Shown here one piece after another: positions 36,001 through 48,053 of a stretch of 64,000 bases of DNA (the first letter of the stretch is position 1; each line of letters starts with the position of its first letter). Origin of the DNA: Eledone cirrhosa (lineage: Eukaryota); assembly GCA_964016885.1 (NCBI GenBank), contig CAXHJY010000928.1, positions 186,001 to 250,000 on the forward strand, given 5' to 3'. The notes below the pieces were generated by a model. That model did not search any database. It saw only the letters and a program-made list of their open reading frames with translations, and was not told where the DNA came from. A program made the position numbers and the translations under genes.

Positions 36001-39000
36001 GAAGACAGTGTACCTATTGTATACTAGATATACACAGGGATACAGTGTACCTATTGTATACTGGATATACACAGGGAGACAGTGTACCTATTGTATACTA
36101 GATATACACAGGGATACAGTGTACCTATTGTATACTAGATATACACAGGAAGACAGTGTACCTATTGTATACTAGATATATACAGGGATACAGTGTACCT
36201 ATTGTATACTAGATATACACAGGAAGACAGTGTACCTATTGTATATAGATATACACAGGGATACAGTGTACCTATTGTATACTAGATATACACAGGAAGA
36301 CAGTGTACCTATTGTATACTAGATATACACAGGGATACAGTGTACTTATTGTATACTGGATATATACAGGGAGACAGTGTACTTATTGTATACTAGATAT
36401 ACACAGGGATACAGTGTACCTATTGTATACTAGATATACACAGGGATACAGTGTACTTATTGTATACTAGATATACACAGGAAGACAGTGTACCTATTGT
36501 ATACTAGGTATACACAGGGATACAGTGTACCTATTGTATATAGATATACACAGGGATACAGTGTACCTATTGTATACTAGATATACACAGGAAGACAGTG
36601 TACCTATTGTATACTAGATATACACAGGAAGACAGTGTACCTATTGTATACTAGATATACACAGGAAGACAGTGTACCTATTGTATACAAGATATACACA
36701 GGAAGACAGTGTACCTATTGTATACTAGATATACACAGGGATACAGTGTACCTATTGTATATAGATATACACAGGGATACAGTGTACCTATTGTATACTA
36801 GATATACACAGGGAGACAGTGTACCTATTGTATACTAGATATACACAGGGATACAGTGTACCTATTGTATACTAGATATACACAGGAAGACAGTGTACCT
36901 ATTGTATACTAGATATACACAGGGATACAGTGTACCTATTGTATACTAGATATACACAGGGATACAGTGTACCTATTGTATACTGGATATACACAGGGAT
37001 ACAGTGTACCTATTGTATACTTGATATACACAGGAAGACAGTGTACCTATTGTATACTAGATATACACAGGAAGACAGTGTACCTATTGTATACTAGATT
37101 TACACAGGGAGACAGTGTACCTATTGTATACTGGATATACACAGGGATACAGTGTACCTATTGTATACTAGATATACACAGGAAGACAGTGTACCTATTG
37201 TATACTAGATATACACAGGGAGACAGTGTACTTATTGTATACTAGATATACACAGGAATACAGTGTACCTATTGTATACTAGATATACACAGGAAGACAG
37301 TGTACCTATTGTATACTAAATATACACAGGGATACAGTGTACTTATTGTATACTAGATATACACAGGGATACAGTGTACCTATTGTATATAGATATACAC
37401 AGGGATACAGTGTACCTATTGTATACTAGATATACACAGGGAGACAGTGTACCTATTGCATACTGGATATACACAGGGATACAGTGTACCTATTGTATAC
37501 TAGATATACACAGAAATACAGTGTACCTATTGTATACTAGATATACACAGGGATACACTGTACTTATTGTATACTAGATATACACAGGGATACAGTGTAC
37601 ATATTGTATATAGATATACACAGGGATACAGTGTACCTATTGTATACTAGATATACACAGGGAGACAGTGTACCTATTGTATACTGGATATACACAGGGA
37701 AACAGTGTACCTATTGTATACTAGATATACACAGGAAGACAGTGTACCTATTGTATACTAGATATACACAGGAATACAGTGTACCTATTGTATACTAGAT
37801 ATACACAGGAAGACAGTGTACCTATTGTATACTAGATATACACAGGGATACAGTGTACCTATTGTATACTGGATATACACAGGGAGACAGTGTACCTATT
37901 GTATACTAGATATACACAGGGATACAGTGTACCTATTGTATATAGATATACACAGGGATACAGTGTCCCTATTGTATACTAGATATACACAGGAAGACAG
38001 TGTACCTATTGTATACTAGATATACACAGGGATACAGTGTACCTATTGTATATAGATATACACAGGGATACAGTGTACCTATTGTATACTAGATATACAC
38101 AGGAAGACAGTGTACCTATTGTATACGAGACATACACAGGGAGACAGTGTACCTATTGTATATAGATATACACAGGGATACAGTGTACCTATTGTATACT
38201 AGATATACACAGGGAGACAGTGTACCTATTGCATACTGGATATACACAGGGATACAGTGTACCTATTGTATACTAGATATACACAGAAATACAGTGTACC
38301 TATTGTATACTAGATATACACAGGGATACACTGTACTTATTGTATACTAGATATACACAGGGATACAGTGTACATATTGTATATAGATATACACAGGGAT
38401 ACAGTGTACCTATTGTATACTAGATATACACAGGGAGACAGTGTACCTATTGTATACTGGATATACACAGGGAAACAGTGTACCTATTGTATACTAGATA
38501 TACACAGGAAGACAGTGTACCTATTGTATACTAGATATACACAGGAAGACAGTGTACCTATTGTATACTAGATATACACAGGAAGACAGTGTACCTATTG
38601 TATACTAGATATACACAGGGATACAGTGTACCTATTGTATACTAGATATACACAGGGAGACAGTGTACCTATTGTATACTAGATATGCACAGGGAGACAG
38701 TGTACTTATTGTATACTAGATATACACAGGAATACAGTGTACCTATTGTATACTAGATATACACAGGAAGACAGTGTACCTAATGTATACTAGATATACA
38801 CAGGGATACAGTGTACTTATTGTATACTAGATATACACAGGGATACAGTGTACCTATTGTATACTAGATATACACAGGGTGACAGTGTACCTATTGTATA
38901 CGAGATATACACAGGGAGACAGTGTACCTATTGTATACTAGATATACACAGGAAGACAGTGTACCTATTGTATATAGATATACACAGGGATACAGTGTAC

Positions 39001-42000
39001 CTATTGTATACTAGATATACACAGGGAGACAGTGTACCTATTGTATACTAGATATACACAGGGAGACAGTGTACTTATTGTATACTAGATATACACAGGA
39101 ATACAGTGTACCTATTGTATACTAGATATACACAGGAAGACAGTGTACCTATTGTATACTAGATATACACAGGGATACAGTGTACTTATTGTATACTAGA
39201 TATACACAGGGATACAGTGTACCTATTGTATATAGATATACACAGGGATACAGTGTACCTATTGTATACTAGATATACACAGGGAGACAGTGTACCTATT
39301 GTATACTGGATATACACAGGGATACAGTGTACCTATTGTATACTAGATATACACAGGAAGACAGTGTACCTATTGTATACTAGATATACACAGGGAGACA
39401 GTGTACCTATTGTATACTGGATATACACAGGGATACAGTGTACCTATTGTATACTGGATATACACAGGGATACAGTGTACCTATTGTATACTAGATATAC
39501 ACAGGAAGACAGTGTACCTATTGTATACTAGATATACACAGGAAGACAGTGTACCTATTGTATACTAGATTTACACAGGGAGACAGTGTACCTATTGTAT
39601 ACTGGATATACACAGGGATACAGTGTACCTATTGTATACTAGATATACACAGGAAGACAGTGTACCTATTGTATACTAGATATACACAGGGAGACAGTGT
39701 ACTTATTGTATACTAGATATACACAGGAATACAGTGTACCTATTGTATACTAGATATACACAGGAAGACAGTGTACCTATTGTATACTAAATATACACAG
39801 GGATACAGTGTACTTATTGTATACTAGATATACACAGGGATACAGTGTACCTATTGTATATAGATATACACAGGGATACAGTGTACCTATTGTATACTAG
39901 ATATACACAGGGAGACAGTGTACCTATTGCATACTGGATATACACAGGGATACAGTGTACCTATTGTATACTAGATATACACAGAAATACAGTGTACCTA
40001 TTGTATACTAGATATACACAGGGATACACTGTACTTATTGTATACTAGATATACACAGGGATACAGTGTACATATTGTATATAGATATACACAGGGATAC
40101 AGTGTACCTATTGTATACTAGATATACACAGGGAGACAGTGTACCTATTGTATACTGGATATACACAGGGAAACAGTGTACCTATTGTATACTAGATATA
40201 CACAGGAAGACAGTGTACCTATTGTATACTAGATATACACAGGAATACAGTGTACCTATTGTATACTAGATATACACAGGAAGACAGTGTACCTATTGTA
40301 TACTAGATATACACAGGGATACAGTGTACCTATTGTATACTGGATATACACAGGGAGACAGTGTACCTATTGTATACTAGATATACACAGGGATACAGTG
40401 TACCTATTGTATATAGATATACACAGGGATACAGTGTCCCTATTGTATACTAGATATACACAGGAAGACAGTGTACCTATTGTATACTAGATATACACAG
40501 GGATACAGTGTACCTATTGTATATAGATATACACAGGGATACAGTGTACCTATTGTATACTAGATATACACAGGAAGACAGTGTACCTATTGTATACGAG
40601 ACATACACAGGGAGACAGTGTACCTATTGTATATAGATATACACAGGGATACAGTGTACCTATTGTATACTAGATATACACAGGGAGACAGTGTACCTAT
40701 TGCATACTGGATATACACAGGGATACAGTGTACCTATTGTATACTAGATATACACAGAAATACAGTGTACCTATTGTATACTAGATATACACAGGGATAC
40801 ACTGTACTTATTGTATACTAGATATACACAGGGATACAGTGTACATATTGTATATAGATATACACAGGGATACAGTGTACCTATTGTATACTAGATATAC
40901 ACAGGGAGACAGTGTACCTATTGTATACTGGATATACACAGGGAAACAGTGTACCTATTGTATACTAGATATACACAGGAAGACAGTGTACCTATTGTAT
41001 ACTAGATATACACAGGAAGACAGTGTACCTATTGTATACTAGATATACACAGGAAGACAGTGTACCTATTGTATACTAGATATACACAGGGATACAGTGT
41101 ACCTATTGTATACTAGATATACACAGGGAGACAGTGTACCTATTGTATACTAGATATGCACAGGGAGACAGTGTACTTATTGTATACTAGATATACACAG
41201 GAATACAGTGTACCTATTGTATACTAGATATACACAGGAAGACAGTGTACCTAATGTATACTAGATATACACAGGGATACAGTGTACTTATTGTATACTA
41301 GATATACACAGGGATACAGTGTACCTATTGTATACTAGATATACACAGGGTGACAGTGTACCTATTGTATACGAGATATACACAGGGAGACAGTGTACCT
41401 ATTGTATACTAGATATACACAGGAAGACAGTGTACCTATTGTATATAGATATACACAGGGATACAGTGTACCTATTGTATACTAGATATACACAGGGAGA
41501 CAGTGTACCTATTGTATACTAGATATACACAGGGAGACAGTGTACTTATTGTATACTAGATATACACAGGAATACAGTGTACCTATTGTATACTAGATAT
41601 ACACAGGAAGACAGTGTACCTATTGTATACTAGATATACACAGGGATACAGTGTACTTATTGTATACTAGATATACACAGGGATACAGTGTACCTATTGT
41701 ATATAGATATACACAGGGATACAGTGTACCTATTGTATACTAGATATACACAGGGAGACAGTGTACCTATTGTATACTGGATATACACAGGGATACAGTG
41801 TACCTATTGTATACTAGATATACACAGGAAGACAGTGTACCTATTGTATACTAGATATACACAGGGAGACAGTGTACCTATTGTATACTGGATATACACA
41901 GGGATACAGTGTACCTATTGTATACTGGATATACACAGGGATACAGTGTACCTATTGTATACTAGATATACACAGGAAGACAGTGTACCTATTGTATACT

Positions 42001-43492
42001 AGATATACACAGGAATACAGTGTACCTATTGTATACTAGATATACACAGGAAGACAGTGTACCTATTGTATACTAGATATACACAGGGATACAGTGTACC
42101 TATTGTATACTGGATATACACAGGGAGACAGTGTACCTATTGTATACTAGATATACACAGGGATACAGTGTACCTATTGTATACTAGATATACACAGGAA
42201 GACAGTGTACCTATTGTATACTAGATATATACAGGGATACAGTGTACCTATTGTATACTAGATATACACAGGAAGACAGTGTACCTATTGTATATAGATA
42301 TACACAGGGATACAGTGTACCTATTGTATACTAGATATACACAGGAAGACAGTGTACCTATTGTATACTAGATATACACAGGGATACAGTGTACTTATTG
42401 TATACTGGATATATACAGGGAGACAGTGTACTTATTGTATACTAGATATACACAGGGATACAGTGTACCTATTGTATACTAGATATACACAGGGATACAG
42501 TGTACTTATTGTATACTAGATATACACAGGAAGACAGTGTACCTATTGTATACTAGATATACACAGGGATACAGTGTACCTATTGTATATAGATATACAC
42601 AGGGATACAGTGTACCTATTGTATACTAGATATACACAGGAAGACAGTGTACCTATTGTATACTAGATATACACAGGAAGACAGTGTACCTATTGTATAC
42701 TAGATATACACAGGAAGACAGTGTACCTATTGTATACAAGATATACACAGGAAGACAGTGTACCTATTGTATACTAGATATACACAGGGATACAGTGTAC
42801 CTATTGTATATAGATATACACAGGGATACAGTGTACCTATTGTATACTAGATATACACAGGGAGACAGTGTACCTATTGTATACTAGATATACACAGGGA
42901 TACAGTGTACCTATTGTATACTAGATATACACAGGAAGACAGTGTACCTATTGTATACTAGATATACACAGGGATACAGTGTACCTATTGTATACTAGAT
43001 ATACACAGGGATACAGTGTACCTATTGTATACTGGATATACACAGGGATACAGTGTACCTATTGTATACTTGATATACACAGGAAGACAGTGTACCTATT
43101 GTATACTAGATATACACAGGAAGACAGTGTACCTATTGTATACTAGATTTACACAGGGAGACAGTGTACCTATTGTATACTGGATATACACAGGGATACA
43201 GTGTACCTATTGTATACTAGATATACACAGGAAGACAGTGTACCTATTGTATACTACATATACACAGGGATACAGTGTACCTATTGTATACTAGATATAC
43301 ACAGGAAGACAGTGTACCTATTGTATACTGAATATACACAGGGATACAGTGTACCTATTGTATATAGATATACACAGGGATACAGTGTACCTATTGTATA
43401 CTAGATATACACAGGGATACAGTGTACCTATTGTATACTGGATATACACAGGAAGACAGTGTACCTATTGTATACTGGATAGACACAGGGAT
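1..43492. repeat. 37-bp tandem satellite, ~1,175 units, running off the left edge of the window
   Basis: Head-to-tail GATATACACAGG(G/A)A(T/G)ACAGTGTACCTATTGTATACTA throughout, with no spacers or insertions seen. Length variants: 36-bp (TATATAGA, common), 35-bp (~2262-2305, ~26965, ~32093), 39-bp (~32508). Confidence 0.99.
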
Positions 43493-43729
43493 GGAAGAAG
43501 TTCAGTGAGCTACCTCCACTGCTGGCTGCAAAAGGCTTTTCACCCAAAATGAAAGGCAGACTGTATGATGCGTGTATACGAACAGCAATGTTACATGGTA
43601 GTGAGACTTGTGTAGATTAGAAAGAAATGGAGCCTGCATGCTCCGATGTGTAATAGTAATATACGTGAACGGCAAAACATGAATTGAGAGAGAGACTAGG
43701 CATAAGAGGAATCAAATGTTGTGTGCAGG
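43489..43729 (+). pseudogene. RTE-clade LINE fragment (region C-terminal to the RT core)
   Basis: From 43489 it reads GWKKFSELPPLLAAKGFSPKMKGRLYDACIRTAMLHGSET. It is closely similar in DNA to the minus-strand copy at ~56675-56870. Confidence 0.9.
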
Positions 43730-43971
43730 TTCTATGATAGAAGCATCGGTAGAATTAAGCAGTTTGGTATCAAAAGTGTTAAACTGTTTTACTAGGGACT
43801 ATTTACAACAAAATATGTTACACATTTGATACAACTAAGAAATGGTTTGAAACTCAGGTTGAAAACATTTTATATTTAACTTGAAACAAATATGTTAAAA
43901 CACTAACATGAATTTTCTTCTATTTTTATTTCCTATATAAGTTGAAAGTGTATTGCATACTGTACTGTTTT

Positions 43972-44162
43972 GGTGGTATTGGCAGTATCAGTAGAAGGTT
44001 GGACGACATGCTTTACAGCAAAGAGTTACGGCCTTTTGTGGTCTGAGTTCAAATCCCACTGACGTTAACTTTGCCTTTCATCCTTACGGGGTCGATAAAA
44101 TAAAGTAGCAGTAATACACTGGGATAATTGCTGGCCTAGTGCCAAAAGTAGAAACAATTATT
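43972..44162 (+). mobile_element. tRNA-derived SINE, copy 1
   Basis: A-box-like TGGCAGTATCAGTAG, B-box GAGTTCAAATCCC, body GCCTTTCATCCTTACGGGGTCGATAAAATAAAGTA and ATT tail. Two further copies lie at 47489 and 48054. Confidence 0.88.
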
Positions 44163-44436
44163 TGTATCAGTCACTAATTTGCTACTTTTCTCAGACTTGT
44201 GAAGATTATTTTTTTTTGTAGAGGCAGCATTTACCCTCCTCCTTGTTACTCTCCACATTAGTGGGTTTTCTTGGGAGCTAACAGTATCACCCACTGCTCC
44301 ATCTCTCCTTGTAGTTTACTGCTGTTGGTCCAAGGTTGTTTATTCATCCAGCAGGACCCCACTTATATTACAGCTAACCATAATATCACTATCCACCACC
44401 TGTAATCCATTCAGGCAGTTGCTACTTCTCCAATTA

Positions 44437-44626
44437 GAGAGATCACAACTCCAATACTACAGACATGTGGTTAGAATGTCTCAGGAAAGAATCTACAAAT
44501 TGCGAGATCACAGCTCTGATACTACAGACATGTGGTTAGAATGTCTGAGGTAAGAATCTCTGAATTGAGAGATCACAGCTCTGATACTACAGACATGTGG
44601 TTAGAATGTTTCAGGAAAGAATCTCT
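44437..44626 (+). repeat. 65-bp minisatellite (~2.9 copies) derived from LINE coding sequence
   Basis: Units start at 44437, 44502 and 44567. The unit translates ERSQL*YYRHVVRMSQERI, resembling the RTE 'LRWYGHVxRM' motif. Confidence 0.85.
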
Positions 44627-44629
44627 TAA

Positions 44630-44853
44630 CCCTTTAGCCTTCACATTAACTCTATATATACTATTATATTTTCATGATGGTTAAGTCTTTACCTCGCATA
44701 ATTATCTCACATAATATCGAATCTATGAGATTTTGAAAGTATTTATTTTGAGAACAATACCTTAACATCAGTGTGAGCGACCAGTTAAAACCAGTTTCAA
44801 CAGAGAGAGGTAGAGAATTCTGGCTGGTTTTGGCCGGTTTGAACATTAAAGGG
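44630..44853. mobile_element. piggyBac-type MITE (~224 bp)
   Basis: TTAA|CCCTTTAG at the left end and TAAAGGG|TAA at the right. An inverted sister copy starts at 59451. Confidence 0.8.
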
Positions 44854-45263
44854 TAATGTGTCTCAACAGCTAATAACTGTATACACATAGCCATGTGTAT
44901 ACGGGAGTTTTGCGTCTGCGTGAGTATGCAAGTTCGTACGTATGTGGGTGTGTGTATATGTGTACTTCTTGTTTTAGTTGACTTACGTCTCCGAACATTT
45001 GTGTATTTATATGTAGGTATGCGTGTGCGCTTGTTATATACGTATTTATTTACTTATATACGTTGATATAATTATTTATTTATTTGTACACAAGCATACA
45101 CACACACACATATTTATATGTGCGTGGTTTTGTATACCTATGGTAAGGTTTTGCGTATGCTTGTGTATGAACGTATCTGTTTGCATGTATGTATTTATTT
45201 GTTTCTATTACTTCTGTATTGTATTTATTTACTTTGTTCTTAACTCTGTAGCGGAGATTAATT

Positions 45264-45530
45264 TTAGTCTACGACTTCTGCTATACCATTTACGTGGTTT
45301 TGTCTTTGCGTGCTATTGTTCTCCATGCTCCACATATGACTTATTATCTTCGTTTTTTCGTTCATTGCCAGAGAACGTCTATATGCACCACCTAAGAGAA
45401 CATTAGTCTACGAACTTTTTTATACCATAAACGTGGTTCTGTCTTTGCGCGTAATTGTTTTTCACCGCTCCTATTAATGACGTATTATTCGTTTTTTCCC
45501 GTTCTTTGCCAGCGAACGTTTCCACGAACC
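45264..45530. repeat. Diverged ~139-bp tandem duplication
   Basis: TTAGTCTACGA...ATACCAT..ACGTGGTT.TGTCTTTGCG...TTGCCAG.GAACGT occurs at 45264 and 45403. Confidence 0.8.
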
Positions 45531-45676
45531 AAAGTATCGTCTTCCTGTCTTCCTCCGGCTGCAACGTTTTTTGAAATATCCAGTTCTGCGTTTACAGATT
45601 GACTTTGTTAGTTTCAGAAGATCCCGTTAAGGGTGAAAGCAGCGATTCTTTGCTTAAACTTTAATCTGTTATTTTA

Positions 45677-45715
<39 letters not shown>

Positions 45716-45718
45716 TAC

Positions 45719-45763
45719 ATCATCATCATCATTTTACGTCCGCTTTTCCCTGCTTGCAAGGGT
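45719..45763 (-). mobile_element. Very short RTE 3' remnant with (ATG)n tail, inside a TA microsatellite
   Basis: The reverse complement matches the 3' end of the RTE at 55851-55900 (ACCCTTGCAAGCAGGGAAAAGC.GA.GTAA.ATGATGATG). Confidence 0.8.
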
Positions 45764-45935
45764 ATATATATATATAAAACAATAAAGAAGGTGGACCATA
45801 ACGCACTAGAGTACTCAATACTTAGGGTAGTAGAGTGGGTAATAGTAAAAGAGTCGTCACTCCGACAGCAGAACTCCGGCCGTTTTGACACCTAGATTTG
45901 AACTCAGTTCAGATCAAACTACTTTTCCTATATAT

Positions 45936-45990
<55 letters not shown>

Positions 45991-46169
45991 CACACTTTGT
46001 TTTTGAATTTGTTTTGCAAGATTTCTCATCTGAAAACCTGTGTTGAAACAGATATTGTTATACCTTGGGAGGGTCATGTTGCCAATAAAAACACATGCAG
46101 CTTTTGGCTTTCACTTCAATTTATCATAAATTTCTGGTTGGTTCGATAACCCGATGGTTTTTATATATT

Positions 46170-46212
46170 GTCAAAGCTCTTTTGTCACACATTCTGTGAC
46201 CTCCTCAGTGAC
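46170..46212 (-). ncRNA. Minimal type-I hammerhead ribozyme motif, degenerate (GAAA->AAAA)
   Basis: Minus strand: GTCA-CTGAGGA-G-GTCACA-GAATG-TGTGAC-AAAA-GAGC-TT-TGAC. Confidence 0.6.
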
Positions 46213-46302
46213 TGGGTTTTTATTTTGTGTTCCTCTTTTGTTCTGTCCAACACCATCTTGATGGTGTAGGACAGAACAAAAGAGATACAAAATAAAAACC
46301 TA

Positions 46303-46345
46303 GTCACTGAGGAGGTCACAGTATGTGTGATGAAAGAGCTTTGAC
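46303..46345 (+). ncRNA. Minimal type-I hammerhead ribozyme motif
   Basis: GTCA(stem I)-CTGAGGA-G-GTCACA/TGTGAT(stem II)-GAAA-GAGC-T-T-TGAC(stem I'). Both core boxes are intact and stem III is minimal. Confidence 0.7.
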
Positions 46346-46520
46346 AATATATTAACAGCCATCCAGTTATCGAACCAATCAACCAACCAGAAATTTATAA
46401 TAAATTGAAGTGAAAACCAACAGGTTTGAGTGTTTTTATTGGCAGCATGACCCTCCCAAAGTATATATTTATAAAAGATCAGAGGCCATATTCAGTTGAT
46501 TCAGGTTTATTTAAAACTCC

Positions 46521-46577
46521 GTTATACATATTTCACTGAGGACTATCAGTTAAGATAGCCTGCGCTCTTCAGCTAGC
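46521..46577 (-). ncRNA. Hammerhead ribozyme-like motif in a probable Penelope-like 3' remnant (~46470-46715)
   Basis: Minus strand: CTGAAGA-GCGCAGGCTATC-TTAACT-GATAGTCCTCAGT-GAAA-TATG-TA, then AATAAA ~15 nt downstream. Stem I pairs poorly. Confidence 0.55.
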
Positions 46578-46806
46578 AAAACCTAAAATAAACATCGAAA
46601 GTTCCCAAGAAACCTTTAAATTTAGAAAAATCCAATAATTTTCTTGAAAAAGATTTTCTTTTCATGAGACAGGGAGCAGCCGAATGCGTGATATTGTTTC
46701 TTTGATGGCCGGTCTCTCTCTCTATATATAAAAATGAGAAAACTCTTCATTTAGAACAGCCGTTAAAACAGATAAATGCTGTCAAAGAGAATAATAGGCA
46801 AAAATG

Positions 46807-46948
46807 CCTCAGAGGACAGAGACCAACAGCCAGTGGTGAACAGAGAGACAATACAAAAGGTGGGTGACAGGTAGATGATATGTCTCAGAGGACAGACACC
46901 AGTGACCAGTGGTCAACACAATCCATAAGGTGGGTGACAGGCAGAGGA
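46807..46948. repeat. Diverged ~77-bp tandem duplication
   Basis: CTCAGAGGACAGA.ACCA....CCAGTGGT.AACA...AAGGTGGGTGACAGG.AGA occurs twice. Confidence 0.75.
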
Positions 46949-47488
46949 AATATAGAAATCATTAAAAGAGGAGGAGGTGAAGGAGTGTGTTGGTGCATAG
47001 AAAGAAGTGACTGGAAGAAGGAAACAATGTAAGGTGATATATAAGACAACCCTACACACACATCTTCACAATCATCAGCTCTTAAACCAGTAAAATAGTT
47101 TTGCACGATTTAATTGAGAGTACCATTTTAAAATGCTGGATAATGCAACAGAAAAATATATTTTTCTGCTGGTATGATGTGTATGTGATACAGAGCACAG
47201 ATAGGAGGACGGAAGGAAATAAAGGAAAGAAAATAATGGGATAGTGGACCTCAAACCAGTTTAGACAAGTTGATAATACAACCATATAAAGGCAAAAAAT
47301 AATTCAAAGCTCAAATGTGATTTTATAGTCCACAGCAAGATAGGTAAAAGGCAGTTCTGAGTTTAATCCAATCAGTAAGTTTCCAATCACAATAGTTCTA
47401 CAATATCACAGAGCATATATATACATGAATGAAAATAACCAGGATTAAATGACATTAAATTATTTAATTGATTTATTTAATTGAAAAG

Positions 47489-47676
47489 GGCGGTGGATTG
47501 GCAGTATCGGTAGAGGGTCGGACACTATGCTTTGACGCATAGTTACGGCCCTTGCCATTCTGAGTTTAAATCCCGCCGAGGTTAACTTTACCTTTTATCC
47601 TTATGGGGTCGATTAAATAAAGTACCAGTAATGCACTGGGTAATTGCTGGCCTTGTGCCAAAAGTAGAAACAATTA
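47489..47676 (+). mobile_element. tRNA-derived SINE, copy 2, with a 22-bp flanking direct repeat
   Basis: Same family as 43972. ATTAAATTATTTAATTGATTTA occurs at 47454-47475 and 47673-47694. Confidence 0.88.
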
Positions 47677-48053
47677 AATTATTTAATTGATTTACGATCG
47701 TTTCGATCAATACAACTGCTGGCTGATACGCAAATACATTCTCCACCCTGGTATTCAGACATAAACCACAGACAGACCTCAACTTAACCAACCGAACACA
47801 CACATCACAAGTCACATACACAACATCCTTTTAATTACCACAATTATGTCTCATCAACTCTATCATCCTCGTTACCACTATTACATTTATTACCATTGTT
47901 ATTCTTGTTAATATATTGTTTATCATGTCCTTCATTATTAAACATATCACCATGTATTAACCACTCTCACCTCACACACCACCCACCCACATGACCAGCA
48001 TCTTATTACCACAATTATTTTCATTACTTTCATTGTATCAGCAACTTTATCAT

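Larger units (their letters stand above)
45995..46465. mobile_element. Head-to-head inverted pair of a short Penelope-like (pLTR-type) element forming a ~400-bp palindrome
   Basis: Arms 46059-46257 and 46260-46465 are near-perfect reverse complements around CACCATC-TT-GATGGTG. Each arm holds a hammerhead-like motif. The 3' motif GAAGTGAAAACCAAC...ATGACCCTCCC is shared with 58732-58810. Confidence 0.75.

Noticed and set aside
1-43492. CRISPR array (37-bp partly palindromic repeat)
   Set aside because: Units abut with no unique spacers, variation is only point changes within the unit, there are no cas genes, and the flank is eukaryotic TE sequence.
241-43552. More than 100 short Tyr/Ile/Thr-rich ORFs
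   Set aside because: They are translations of a 37-bp unit cycling through frames. They open only where the TAG is mutated, and nearly all start at GTG.
45611-45650. Sixth hammerhead candidate CAGAAGA-T-CCC-GTTAA-GGG-T-GAAA
   Set aside because: The core box is mutated and there is no convincing stem I or UH triplet.
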